64,000 bases of DNA from positions 32,001-96,000 of IMG/VR virus record IMGVR_UViG_3300046000_004279, one strand, 5' to 3'. Shown piece after piece: positions 34,403 through 43,752 of this stretch. Source of the DNA: a virus. The stretch's first letter is position 1. The number at the start of each line of letters is the position of its first letter. The notes under the pieces are model-generated. The model searched no databases. It was not told the origin of the DNA and saw only the letters and a program-made list of their open reading frames with translations. The position numbers were made by a program, and so were the translations under genes.

Positions 34403-34846
34403 ATGCTGATTTGCTTTGATATCGATGGAACACTGGCTGATGTGAGCCACCGTGTCCACTACTGGCGTCAAAAGCCAAAGAACTGGAATATGTTCAAGTC
34501 TGAGATGGTTAATGATGATCCGATTGAACAGATCTGCACGATTGCTCGCGAAATGGATGCCACAGGGCACCGAATCATCCTGTGCTCTGGTCGTAGTGAA
34601 GATACTCGTGAATGGACAGAAGAGTGGCTGACTGCTCAGGGAATTGAATGGTCAAAACTGTACATGCGGGCAGATAATGACTACCGCCACGATGATATCG
34701 TCAAGAAAGAACTGCTGGATCAGATTGTTGTTGACTTTGGCAAGAAACCTGATATAGTGTTTGATGATCGTCCACGTGTCGTTAAGATGTGGCGTGAGAA
34801 TGGCGTGTTTGTCGCCGATGTGTATCAAGGAACGGAGGACTTCTAA
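34403..34846 (+). CDS. HAD-family phosphatase (PseT 3'-phosphatase-like)
   Basis: FDIDGTLAD, SGR, LYMR...D.R.D..VK, FDDRP.VV.MWR. Confidence 0.85.
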   Translation: MLICFDIDGTLADVSHRVHYWRQKPKNWNMFKSEMVNDDPIEQICTIAREMDATGHRIILCSGRSEDTREWTEEWLTAQGIEWSKLYMRADNDYRHDDIVKKELLDQIVVDFGKKPDIVFDDRPRVVKMWRENGVFVADVYQGTEDF

Positions 34847-35160
34847 TGAGTGACGATCTGATCAAGCGCAGTGATGTTTTGTCTATGATTGACGCGTTCG
34901 AGCGTGACTTTCAGCAGTCTTGGAGAGTGCAGTTCCGCGCAGATGTAGACGCTATCCCCGAAGTAAAGGATGAACGCGCCGAAGGGGTCGAGGCCAAACT
35001 TGCCAAGGCGGCAACGTATCTGCAAAAGATCAGCCGTCATGCTAATCGGTCTTGCTCTGCAATCGCCGGCCGCGCGCTGGCTGAACTGGAGGGCGAGCCT
35101 CTTGGCGCTGAGTTTGAGGCGGTGTGGGACGCTAACAAAGGGGAGTTGTATGAGCCATGA
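34846..35160 (+). CDS. Hypothetical protein
   Basis: GC-richer ORF, GGAGG RBS. Confidence 0.55.
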   Translation: MSDDLIKRSDVLSMIDAFERDFQQSWRVQFRADVDAIPEVKDERAEGVEAKLAKAATYLQKISRHANRSCSAIAGRALAELEGEPLGAEFEAVWDANKGELYEP

Positions 35161-35429
35161 GTGACTACCGAATTGAAGCAGCCACCAAAGAGGAATGGGC
35201 TAATCGTGCTTTGGCCGCCGAAGCCAAACTCGACAAGGCGGGAATAGCCGCACTTGAGACTATACTAAATGAACGTGGCCCTGTGTTCGACGCGATGGTC
35301 GATGCCGCCGAGGATGCTGCGGGAAAGGACGTATCGTTCAACGTAGTAGTGGGTCGAGCCATCCGCGCTGCTCTCGCAGTGCTGGCTATATATACTAGAA
35401 CTGATAAAACCTCTGGATCGGAGTATTGA
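35157..35429 (+). CDS. Hypothetical protein
   Basis: ATGA overlap; GC-richer. Confidence 0.55.
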   Translation: MSDYRIEAATKEEWANRALAAEAKLDKAGIAALETILNERGPVFDAMVDAAEDAAGKDVSFNVVVGRAIRAALAVLAIYTRTDKTSGSEY

Positions 35430-35430
35430 T

Positions 35431-35742
35431 ATGACTAAGTATGTAATTGTAACTGCCATCTCGTCTTACCGTATGCGTTATTGCATTCCTGTTGATGAGT
35501 TGCAGAAGTTAAACACAGATGTTCCTATTGAAGGGCATGAGATTGAGTGGGCAGACGATTGTGTCACGAGCGAAGAAGTAGATGAGTTTTCGCAGATGCA
35601 CATTGGTGAACAAATTATCGATACAGAGATTGTTACTGAAGAGCAGATGCTTAGTAAGTTTGATATTGATAATGACTATCTAAGTGATTGGCCAAAAGAG
35701 AAGAAAATCGAATTCATTCGTAGTTGGAAACGTGACGGATGA
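35431..35742 (+). CDS. Hypothetical protein
   Basis: 103-aa ORF, EFSQ.HIGEQI. Confidence 0.65.
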   Translation: MTKYVIVTAISSYRMRYCIPVDELQKLNTDVPIEGHEIEWADDCVTSEEVDEFSQMHIGEQIIDTEIVTEEQMLSKFDIDNDYLSDWPKEKKIEFIRSWKRDG

Positions 35743-35957
35743 AAAAACAACCTCTTCAAAAAGACCTACAGGATCTTCTGACAAAGCATGAAGTTGATAA
35801 ATACACAGGTCTGCACAACTATATGATGTCCGAGCACATCGTTCGTTGGATCGAAGAGTATGTTCGAGAGCAAAATGTCGCGACTCTCTGGTCCAATGAA
35901 GAGCAGACATCATATTTTGATTACATGAAACAAAAAGAGGGCAAGAATGTCGTTTAA
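35739..35957 (+). CDS. Hypothetical protein
   Basis: ATGA overlap. Confidence 0.55.
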   Translation: MKKQPLQKDLQDLLTKHEVDKYTGLHNYMMSEHIVRWIEEYVREQNVATLWSNEEQTSYFDYMKQKEGKNVV

Positions 35958-36810
35958 CCTAACACTGGAGCACGTTAGTGCTATTCTAAAAGGCAACAAA
36001 GAAGTTGAAGCATGGCACAAGGCCATGGCTAAGGTATTGCCAAAGTATAAAATTGATACACCAGAACGTATTGCAGGATTCTTGGCTCAATGTGGCCATG
36101 AGTCAAATAATTTCACTGTGCTCGAGGAGAACCTGCACTATCGCGCCGAGACGCTCGACAAGATCTTCCCAAAGTACTTTGTAAAAGCTGGGCGTAAAGC
36201 AGCAGACTATGCAAAGCAACCTGAAAAGATTGCTAACATTGTTTACGGTGGTCGTATGGGCAACACTCAACCTGGTGACGGATACTTGTTCCGTGGTCGA
36301 GGCGTAATTCAGTTGACTGGCCGTGACAACTACACCAACTTTGGCAAGACTCTAAACAAGTCTGCCGAAGAAGTTGCTAGTTACGTTACATCCAAAGAAG
36401 GTGCAATCGAGTCAGCATGTTGGTATTGGAACAGTCGTAACATCAATAAAGCAGCTGATGCGAGCGACATTGTTGCAATGACGAAGTTGATTAATGGCGG
36501 CACAATCGGCCTAGAAGATCGTAAGAAACACTACGAACACGCTCTTACAGTACTTACAGGTAAAGAGGTACATCAAGCCACACCATCAACTGAATCAGTT
36601 GTTCCTACCGCATCTGGCGCAGTCTCACGGGTACTTAAAGTGGGTTCACGCGGTGCACAAGTCAAGAAGTTGCAAGAAGCTCTGAGTCTTGAAGCCGATG
36701 GTGTGTTTGGAAACGGTACAGAATCAGCTTTGAAAACATGGCAAGAAGCAAATGGTTTGACCGCTGATGGTGTTGCTGGTCCAGCGACTCTTGCTAAACT
36801 GTTGAAATAA
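35947..36810 (+). CDS. Endolysin: GH19 lysozyme plus C-terminal peptidoglycan-binding domain
   Basis: FLAQCGHES, FRGRGVIQLTGRDNY, INGG..GL.DR; LQEAL...ADGVFG..T...WQ...GLTADGVAGPAT. Confidence 0.92.
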   Translation: MSFNLTLEHVSAILKGNKEVEAWHKAMAKVLPKYKIDTPERIAGFLAQCGHESNNFTVLEENLHYRAETLDKIFPKYFVKAGRKAADYAKQPEKIANIVYGGRMGNTQPGDGYLFRGRGVIQLTGRDNYTNFGKTLNKSAEEVASYVTSKEGAIESACWYWNSRNINKAADASDIVAMTKLINGGTIGLEDRKKHYEHALTVLTGKEVHQATPSTESVVPTASGAVSRVLKVGSRGAQVKKLQEALSLEADGVFGNGTESALKTWQEANGLTADGVAGPATLAKLLK

Positions 36811-36901
36811 AACAAATCTTTTTTTCAAAATAATAAAAATGGCTATTGACATTCGTGTTGATAGCCATTATATTATGTGTATGAGTAATGGAGAACAGAC
36901 A

Positions 36902-37111
36902 ATGTTGAAAGCTACAGTGATTCGCGAGTGGTCTGAGGTCAAGCGCAACGGGCGCAAGGTTGAAGATTGGTCTTGGACTGTGACGTTCCGTAAGGATGAA
37001 CAGTTCATCGATCAACACTACTACAACACCGCAAAGGTCGCTAAAGCTGCTGCTCACTTGTTTGAAATTGGTCGCTACAGCGTTGGCGAATATGGTGGAG
37101 TGAAAATCTAA
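36902..37111 (+). CDS. Hypothetical early protein
   Basis: GGAG RBS; upstream TTGACA-N17-TATTAT promoter at 36846. Confidence 0.6.
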   Translation: MLKATVIREWSEVKRNGRKVEDWSWTVTFRKDEQFIDQHYYNTAKVAKAAAHLFEIGRYSVGEYGGVKI

Positions 37112-37360
37112 ATGGATGGTATGAAAATGCAAACAACTGCTGAACGTATGGCTTTGATTCGTCAAGCACACGAGAAGTTCGCAAAAAAGATTAAAGTTCA
37201 AGCTAAGTTTGAACGTGAGGAACGTGTTCAAAAAGTTCATGAACTTGACAAGAAGTTCGAACGTGACGAACGTCTGTGGAACGATTCTTCTCAGTATGCT
37301 AAACAGTACTACGGTGAGACATTCCGTGAAACGACGAGGTTTGATAATGACTGGGATTGA
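37112..37360 (+). CDS. Hypothetical protein
   Basis: 82-aa ORF. Confidence 0.6.
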   Translation: MDGMKMQTTAERMALIRQAHEKFAKKIKVQAKFEREERVQKVHELDKKFERDERLWNDSSQYAKQYYGETFRETTRFDNDWD

Positions 37361-37508
37361 TCTTCCTCGCCTGCAAGTCAGGCTAGCAGAAACAGAAGAC
37401 AAAGTCAAAAGTCTTCTGTTTGCTGTTGATAAACTTGAAGATGTTGTGTATGATCTCAATCAGAAGATTGTACAATTGGAAAACTTGATTGAAAGGAAAT
37501 TAGAATGA
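37347..37508 (+). CDS. Hypothetical coiled-coil protein
   Basis: GAGG RBS, ATG 37347. Confidence 0.5.
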   Translation: MTGIDLPRLQVRLAETEDKVKSLLFAVDKLEDVVYDLNQKIVQLENLIERKLE

Positions 37509-37738
37509 CTCGTGATGAAATGGTGACTGAACTACGTGCACGAACATGTCGTGTAATCTTTACCAAAGTGAATGGTGATGAACGTGATATGCAGTGTACT
37601 TTGAATATTGATTTTATTCCTGAGAATAAACAACCAAAGACTAGCAAAGATTACGCCGATGGTGTAATTCGTGTGTTTGATATCAACAAACAAGAGTTTC
37701 GGTCGTTCCGTGTAGAGAATGTACTTTCGTTCTCCTAA
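37505..37738 (+). CDS. SH3/WYL-like fold protein
   Basis: V.FTKVNGDERDMQCTL...VFDINKQEFRSFR. Confidence 0.7.
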   Translation: MTRDEMVTELRARTCRVIFTKVNGDERDMQCTLNIDFIPENKQPKTSKDYADGVIRVFDINKQEFRSFRVENVLSFS

Positions 37739-37761
37739 ATAATACTAAACGGAGGTCTATA

Positions 37762-37983
37762 ATGTTTGGCATCGACCCTATATTGGCAACTATCATTACA
37801 GCTGGCGGTATTTTTATCGTCAGCTATCTGATTAACCGTCAACACTTTCGACTACAATATGAAAAAATCATTGAAGCAACAATTGATCATTTAATTAAAG
37901 ATGGTTACATTGCTACACGTAAAGCTAAAGATGGTGATATTGAATTAATCACCATTAAAGAACTCAAAGATGTTGACTTCTGA
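37762..37983 (+). CDS. Hypothetical membrane-anchored protein
   Basis: GGAGG RBS, N-terminal TM. Confidence 0.6.
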   Translation: MFGIDPILATIITAGGIFIVSYLINRQHFRLQYEKIIEATIDHLIKDGYIATRKAKDGDIELITIKELKDVDF

Positions 37984-38036
37984 TACAAAACATGGTATAT
38001 TAATTATGCCAATGGTTACATATGATGGAGAAGTGA

Positions 38037-38663
38037 ATGGCTCGTCAGCCACAAACCAAGGAACAGATCGCAGCGCGTGTAGCGAAAGCTCAAGCGACCA
38101 AAGCAGCGAAGAAGACGAATGCACTTGCATTGATGGGTGCAGTTGCAAAGAAACCTATTAAACAAATTCGCAAACGGCGAGTAATGACGGATGAACAAAA
38201 GGCTGCTGCTATAGCTCGTCTTGAAGCCGCTCGTGCGGCCAAAGGTCCATCAAAGAACATGATGATTGATGCAGATGTTCGAAATCTACCTGATGATCAT
38301 ACGTTCAGTTTGAAGAATGTTCGTAAGTGGATTAGTGCCAACAAAGATCTGTTGGGTGCGATGCGTGGTATGAAGGACTCTAAAGAATCCTCTGAACGAG
38401 CAAAGTATATAATCGTTGAAACTTATATTGCCAACTTGGAGAATTACCTCCGAAGTGGTCATTACCTAGATCTCCAATTTGGAGAAAAAGGTCAAAGCAA
38501 AATTAAATATGTGTGTCGTGGTATGGCGTATTATGCCAATGGTCATCCTAAGAGATCTGTTGGTGTATTGTACTCTGACATTGGAGTGTACACACAAGAA
38601 ATGGAAGACGATGATCGAAGAAAAGCAATTTCTGACCAAACAAAAATTCGTAAAACTAATTGA
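38037..38663 (+). CDS. Conserved hypothetical protein
   Basis: 208-aa basic ORF upstream of gp33. Confidence 0.7.
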   Translation: MARQPQTKEQIAARVAKAQATKAAKKTNALALMGAVAKKPIKQIRKRRVMTDEQKAAAIARLEAARAAKGPSKNMMIDADVRNLPDDHTFSLKNVRKWISANKDLLGAMRGMKDSKESSERAKYIIVETYIANLENYLRSGHYLDLQFGEKGQSKIKYVCRGMAYYANGHPKRSVGVLYSDIGVYTQEMEDDDRRKAISDQTKIRKTN

Positions 38664-38844
38664 GGATGTCGTGCGAGCGACAAACTCAACTTATATGGAC
38701 GCAGTGATCTCAGTTTGTCAAGACAACGAAGTTGAGATCGAAGACGTCCGAAAGTTTATTACTCCAATCCTCAAAGATAAGATTCAAGCGGAGGCAATGA
38801 AACTAAACTATCTTCCAAGACAGAATACTTTACCTATTGACTAA
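38611..38844 (+). CDS. gp33: Late promoter transcription co-activator
   Basis: F...IE..V......YMDAVI..C...EVEIE.V.K.I...LKDKIQAEA..LNYL. Confidence 0.88.
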   Translation: MIEEKQFLTKQKFVKLIEDVVRATNSTYMDAVISVCQDNEVEIEDVRKFITPILKDKIQAEAMKLNYLPRQNTLPID

Positions 38845-38865
38845 CCCTATATAATGTTCTATACT
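38837..38865 (+). promoter_or_regulatory. Sigma70-type promoter for gp32
   Basis: TTGACT-N17-TATACT followed by a G-poor, unstructured leader. Confidence 0.6.
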
Positions 38866-38909
38866 AATCATACTAACATTCAAATATTCAAACATACGGA
38901 GAACTACAC

Positions 38910-39809
38910 ATGTCTTTTGCAAACCTAAAACGCGGTGGTACTGACCTTTCAAAGCTCGTTAGCGAAGCTGAGAAATCCACTGGTGCGCGTGATCGCATCA
39001 CCGACGAACGCTTTTGGAATTCCACTCGCGATAAAGCTGGCAATGGCTATGCTATTATTCGCTTTCTTCCTGGTAAAGAAGAAAACACTGTTCCTTGGGT
39101 CCGTTATTGGGACCACGCGTTCAAAGGTCCAACTGGCCAATGGTACATTGAGAAGTCGTTGACAACTCTTGGCCAAGCAGATCCACTTTCAGAGTTGAAC
39201 TCTAAGATGTGGAACGAGAGTGCAGATGGTTCTGCTCAACGTAAGCTGGTAAGCTCGCGTTCACGCAACCTTCGCTATGTTGCGAACGTAATGGTTATCT
39301 CAGACCAATTGGCACCTGAGAACGAAGGTAAGGTTAAACTGTATCGCTTTGGCAAGAAGATCTTTGATAAGATCATGGCTGCTATGAAGCCTCAGTTTCC
39401 TGATGAGAAGCCTATCGACCCATTCAATATGTGGGAAGGTGCTGACTTTGTTTTGAAGATCAGCTCTGAGATGGTTGGGGGTAAGCCTCTGCCTAAGTAT
39501 GATGCTTCGTACTTCAAGGCCGCTTCTGCACTGTTTGGTGGTGATGAAGCTAAGTTGGAGGCTATCTACGATATGCAACACTCAATTGGTGAGTTTGTTG
39601 ATCCTACCACATTCAAGAGCTATGATGAGTTGAAAGCTCGTCTGAATATGGTTCTTGGTGAGTCTGCACCTCGCACGATTCGTGAGACTGCTACTCTAGA
39701 CAACACTATGGAAGCTCCTACTATCAAGACCGCAGAGAACTTCTCTATGAGTGATGGTACTGAGAATGATGAGACTATGGATTACTTTGCGAAACTTGCG
39801 CAAAGTTAA
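38910..39809 (+). CDS. gp32: Single-stranded DNA-binding protein
   Basis: DERFW..DKAGNGYAIIRFLP, HAFKG..GQWYIE, FGKKIFDKI, YFAKLA tail. Confidence 0.96.
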   Translation: MSFANLKRGGTDLSKLVSEAEKSTGARDRITDERFWNSTRDKAGNGYAIIRFLPGKEENTVPWVRYWDHAFKGPTGQWYIEKSLTTLGQADPLSELNSKMWNESADGSAQRKLVSSRSRNLRYVANVMVISDQLAPENEGKVKLYRFGKKIFDKIMAAMKPQFPDEKPIDPFNMWEGADFVLKISSEMVGGKPLPKYDASYFKAASALFGGDEAKLEAIYDMQHSIGEFVDPTTFKSYDELKARLNMVLGESAPRTIRETATLDNTMEAPTIKTAENFSMSDGTENDETMDYFAKLAQS

Positions 39810-39835
39810 TAGTTTTAGCTAATTTAGATAAACAG

Positions 39836-39864
39836 AGGGCCCAGTGTAACGCTGGGCCTTTTTT
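39836..39864. terminator. Intrinsic terminator between convergent genes
   Basis: GGCCCAGTG-TAA-CGCTGGGCC-TTTTTT. Confidence 0.8.
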
Positions 39865-39865
39865 A

Positions 39866-41653
39866 TTATCCTCGTGAACCGTATCCGAGGACATACAGTC
39901 GCTGCAAATCGCGGCGTGGGTCGTGGGCGCTAGGTCTATCCCCTTGGCCAAGATTAATAGTAGTATCGCCGCCTTTGTGGATAGTAGTATTACCATTGTT
40001 TGCAACTACACCGCCACTCAAAGCACTACGTTGTGAACTGGTGAGACTACTTTGTGCTTGTTGTAAATTCTGACCTGTCGTTTTTGGAACTGTAGTAATT
40101 GGTGGTTCATATGAAACCCATTCGTCCCCCTTGCCTCTGCCAAGAGATTTCCAATATCCTTTCTGGCCATCCTCGCCTGGCGGTGGATTCGCAAGCGCTG
40201 ATCCTTGTGGCGCTTGGGGTGGTGGTGCGGGTTGGCGAGGCAATCCCAAGTCTACATCTAAACCAAAGTATTCTGCCAAACCGCCAAATTTATTTTTAAT
40301 CCAATCTACCAATGGTCCAATCGAGTTATTCCAAATCCATGCTCCTAAGTCGCCACCGTACCCTAAAGCGTCATTCCACGCGGTGGAAATCCATGCTGAC
40401 AAATCCGGAAATGTGTTCTCAAACCAAGTCCACAATGGTTTAACAGCAATGTTGTATATCCACTCGCCAATGGTTTTGTACACACCGCTGGTGAGTTTAA
40501 TATATGCCCAAAACAAATCGCTTAGTGCCTTTCCAGGATCTGTGAACAATTCTTCAACCCACTTTACCGCACCTTGAACAAGACCATATATCCCGCCAAT
40601 CAGGTCGTTGATAATTGTTTCAAAACTCCAACTTTGTAGCCACGTTGCAGCTTCTTTAAATCCAAGTTTTTCCAATGCCCATGCAACAATACTTTTTAAC
40701 AAGTCAAGAGGTGCACCAACAAAGTCACCAATAAACGCACCAATTCCTGCAACGAACTTATCCAGGAAAGACCCTTCAGTATTCATAAAGGCCATTACAC
40801 CATCATAAGCTGAAAACAAGAATCCAATTGGTTTTAAGATCCTAAGTGCAAATCTAGCAAACTTACCAATGTTGGCCGCACCTCCAGAAATACCCATAAC
40901 ACTGGATAAGAATCCGAGCATCTTTGCCCCTGATCCTGTCATCCAACCACTAATTCCTTGACCAATTGATATAAATGGATTAATAATAACTGACATTAAC
41001 TTGCCAGCTTTAGATACAATCCTACCAATCTTACCACCATCTAAACCAACACCAAAGGATCTAGTAACATTTAAACGCAACAGATCAAATGCTTCTGATA
41101 TCATTACTGCTGTTGATTTAAGTTCTTTACCTGTAAACCTACCAAGAGCATCTTTTGCCATTCTACCGGTTTGTGGATTAATACCAAACCGTTGAAGAAT
41201 TCCACGAGCTATGTTATCAAATCCGCTTGCAAACTTTAACTTAAAATTGTCGGCTAATTTACCAACGCTGGATACAAGACTAGATGCTAGCTTTCTAATT
41301 ACAGGAACTTCCCAACCTCTTAGACCCGCAATCGCAAGCGGCAGGGCAGCCAATACTGGCAACAAGTAATCACCAATATTAAATCCAGCACTCGCAGATT
41401 GACCCGCTTGCTGGCCAGATTCAAAACTCTTTGCAAATTTAGACTTGTTACGCGCTTCACTGGCAGTTTCAAGAGAATCCGTATTTAATCGTTCCGCTTT
41501 CTTTTGATCAAAGAACATAGTAAAGGATTTGTCAATCGAATCCGTCAGCTTTTTAACTGCTGATGTTGTTTCGTTAACATTTTTGCTAGTCAGATCAGAA
41601 GACTTCTGATTGTTCTTTAACTGACTAACAATATCTTGTAGCGTGGCCGCCAT
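39866..41653 (-). CDS. Tape measure / baseplate hub protein (gp29-like)
   Basis: 595 aa of Gly/Ala-rich amphipathic helices with Trp periodicity; downstream of gp26/gp51. Confidence 0.65.
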   Translation of the reverse strand: MAATLQDIVSQLKNNQKSSDLTSKNVNETTSAVKKLTDSIDKSFTMFFDQKKAERLNTDSLETASEARNKSKFAKSFESGQQAGQSASAGFNIGDYLLPVLAALPLAIAGLRGWEVPVIRKLASSLVSSVGKLADNFKLKFASGFDNIARGILQRFGINPQTGRMAKDALGRFTGKELKSTAVMISEAFDLLRLNVTRSFGVGLDGGKIGRIVSKAGKLMSVIINPFISIGQGISGWMTGSGAKMLGFLSSVMGISGGAANIGKFARFALRILKPIGFLFSAYDGVMAFMNTEGSFLDKFVAGIGAFIGDFVGAPLDLLKSIVAWALEKLGFKEAATWLQSWSFETIINDLIGGIYGLVQGAVKWVEELFTDPGKALSDLFWAYIKLTSGVYKTIGEWIYNIAVKPLWTWFENTFPDLSAWISTAWNDALGYGGDLGAWIWNNSIGPLVDWIKNKFGGLAEYFGLDVDLGLPRQPAPPPQAPQGSALANPPPGEDGQKGYWKSLGRGKGDEWVSYEPPITTVPKTTGQNLQQAQSSLTSSQRSALSGGVVANNGNTTIHKGGDTTINLGQGDRPSAHDPRRDLQRLYVLGYGSRG

Positions 41654-41835
41654 TATTGTGATCCTTTATTATGTTCCTGTTGCTCTTTAATCCATTGCAT
41701 CAGCAGAGTAACGTAAACTTCTTTTTCCCATGGTATCAATCCGTCTATCTCATCTAACGAAAAATTATGATCGCGCATTAATCTAAAGTTACTAGTATAA
41801 TAATTAGATAGGTTTTCGTGAGATAGACTTATTAA
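41653..41835 (-). CDS. gp51: gp51-like baseplate hub assembly domain, probably reached by -1 frameshift from gp26
   Basis: LSHENLSNYYTSNFRLMRDHNFSLDEIDGLIPWEKEVYVTLL; first ATG only at 41778. Confidence 0.7.
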   Translation of the reverse strand, partial: LISLSHENLSNYYTSNFRLMRDHNFSLDEIDGLIPWEKEVYVTLLMQWIKEQQEHNKGSQ

Positions 41836-42542
41836 AAAAAATTCTGCATACCTTCAATTGTGTAGGTATTGGCATGTCGGCATTTAACGCAATTAAAATG
41901 AACTTCGTGGGTCATCTTGGGAATTGTGTCAACGAATGATCTAATCTTTTGTAGTTGATCACCTGTCATTGATTCAATAAATTCTTCAATATCTTTATGA
42001 CTAACATCTTTTAAATCAATCCGTTCTTCGGCAGTATGAATAGCTTTCATTACTGTCATAATCATCTCAAATGTCTGTTCTGTTTGAGATGTTGAGTTGG
42101 TCAGTTTTTTATTAGAAGCCATTGCACCAAAATGTGGATACGACATCTCAAGTGTAATATCATCTGTTAATTTTATCATGAAATCTGTTTTTGGAACAGT
42201 GATCTCAATGGATTGTAGATCAACCGAAACTTTGTTAGTATGTTCACATTCTGAACAGTTAATACCAATATCGCTTGTCTCGCCAACAGACTTTGAACGA
42301 ATCTTGACAAACATGTATTCAATATCAAATGTCGTTAAACTCTTTGGATCAATAGTGTCATCAACACATGCTACAATAGTATCTAACACAGCGTTCAGTG
42401 CTTGACCAGTATCCTTTGTTTCCATAGCAAGCAAAAGAATCTTTTCCTCTTTTACAAGATATGGTCGGAACTTGACCGTTTTGTTTGTAGACGGAATAAC
42501 CAAATCATATTTTGGAGTATTATTTAACTTAGGTAGTGCCAT
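41832..42542 (-). CDS. gp26: Baseplate hub assembly chaperone
   Basis: MALPKL..P.Y....PST...VKFRPYLVKEEKILL, FDIEY.F.KIRSKSVGE, two CxxC, ends NFF. Confidence 0.88.
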   Translation of the reverse strand: MALPKLNNTPKYDLVIPSTNKTVKFRPYLVKEEKILLLAMETKDTGQALNAVLDTIVACVDDTIDPKSLTTFDIEYMFVKIRSKSVGETSDIGINCSECEHTNKVSVDLQSIEITVPKTDFMIKLTDDITLEMSYPHFGAMASNKKLTNSTSQTEQTFEMIMTVMKAIHTAEERIDLKDVSHKDIEEFIESMTGDQLQKIRSFVDTIPKMTHEVHFNCVKCRHANTYTIEGMQNFF

Positions 42543-42562
42543 TCATTTCATCCTTATTCATT

Positions 42563-43126
42563 TCAAGCCATTTTCCATTTACGATAAGAAAGCTGCACAA
42601 GCAGTTCTACTGTCGCATTTTCAGAGGCATCAGATAATTCAATTGCGGTTACAGTTGTGGGGAACGCTTCATAAAGTTCACAACTATACATGATTTTGTC
42701 TTTAGATATCAAATCAATATCAAATATTCTATCACTGTATATTGGTAGACCTATACCGCGTTTTAATTGATGGATCTTTACGGTTTTTGCGTATTCGTTA
42801 AGATATCCAATTTCATGAGTGTTTGGATCAATTGCAAGAGCCTGCCATGACTCAAAATATGTACGGATCTTATAATCGTTCATTACATGAAAAGACAGAC
42901 TAACATCGTCACTAATAGAACTGTAAGCTACCTTTTGATCAATTGCTCCAATGACTCTGTTGTTGGTCATTACTTGCCGACCAGGGACATTAACAGCTTT
43001 ACACAACAGATCAAGATCACGAGTTGATATTCCGTTGATTGATGGCAATTCAACTCTGAAGTAGTTGGCCATTGCTATGCCACCACTATTTGATATCAAA
43101 CCTTTTAACTCTTCAATACTGGCCAT
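42563..43126 (-). CDS. Tail tube-fold protein (gp54/gp19-like initiator)
   Basis: GG.A..N.FRV, LC..V.VPG, YFESWQ, L.EAFPTTV..IELS. Confidence 0.7.
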   Translation of the reverse strand: MASIEELKGLISNSGGIAMANYFRVELPSINGISTRDLDLLCKAVNVPGRQVMTNNRVIGAIDQKVAYSSISDDVSLSFHVMNDYKIRTYFESWQALAIDPNTHEIGYLNEYAKTVKIHQLKRGIGLPIYSDRIFDIDLISKDKIMYSCELYEAFPTTVTAIELSDASENATVELLVQLSYRKWKMA

Positions 43127-43722
43127 TAGATCATGTTCCTCGAATCGGCATAAACTTTATTTATGCTGTATTTCTTACCTTGAGAGTTGAAATCAGCGGT
43201 TGGAAGAAACACAGCAATTTCCCACTCAGGTGCTGGAACCATAGCAAATCGACTTCTGACGTGATCAGTCAAGTAGTGTTTGATACATGGTTTAAAGTAC
43301 TTCATCTTTGCGGCCCGTTGCAAAGCGTTGTACGTCAATTTAAACTTTGTCGTATCATCGTAACGATTATTGTTCGTAACTTCCAAAAGAGCGTCAAGAA
43401 ACTTAGCTCTTAAAACTGGCGGTAGGTAGTGTAGGTTCAACCCTAAGAAACCACCTTCAGCGGGTTTCAGTACGATAACAAGTGGGAAAGAGTCATAGTA
43501 TGGTAATGTCTCTTTGTGTTTTGGATCATAGAAGAACATAAACATTGAACCAACCACTTGGCGGTTCTTAATCTGTATAGGTTCTTCTTTCATCAACTTA
43601 GCACGGTTGATTTGCTTTATAGTTGACATTTTATTACGGAACCATTCGCGCGACTGTGAAGTGCGCGGCGTGATTCCAGCTCTAAAAGCTTCATATTCTA
43701 AGGTTTGAAATAAATTACTCAT
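43126..43722 (-). CDS. gp2: DNA end protector protein
   Basis: MF.YDPKHKETLPYYD.FPLV, GFLGLNLHYL, KPCIKHYL. Confidence 0.92.
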   Translation of the reverse strand: MSNLFQTLEYEAFRAGITPRTSQSREWFRNKMSTIKQINRAKLMKEEPIQIKNRQVVGSMFMFFYDPKHKETLPYYDSFPLVIVLKPAEGGFLGLNLHYLPPVLRAKFLDALLEVTNNNRYDDTTKFKLTYNALQRAAKMKYFKPCIKHYLTDHVRSRFAMVPAPEWEIAVFLPTADFNSQGKKYSINKVYADSRNMI

Positions 43723-43752
43723 GTGCTTATTTATGTTGATATTTGTGTTATA

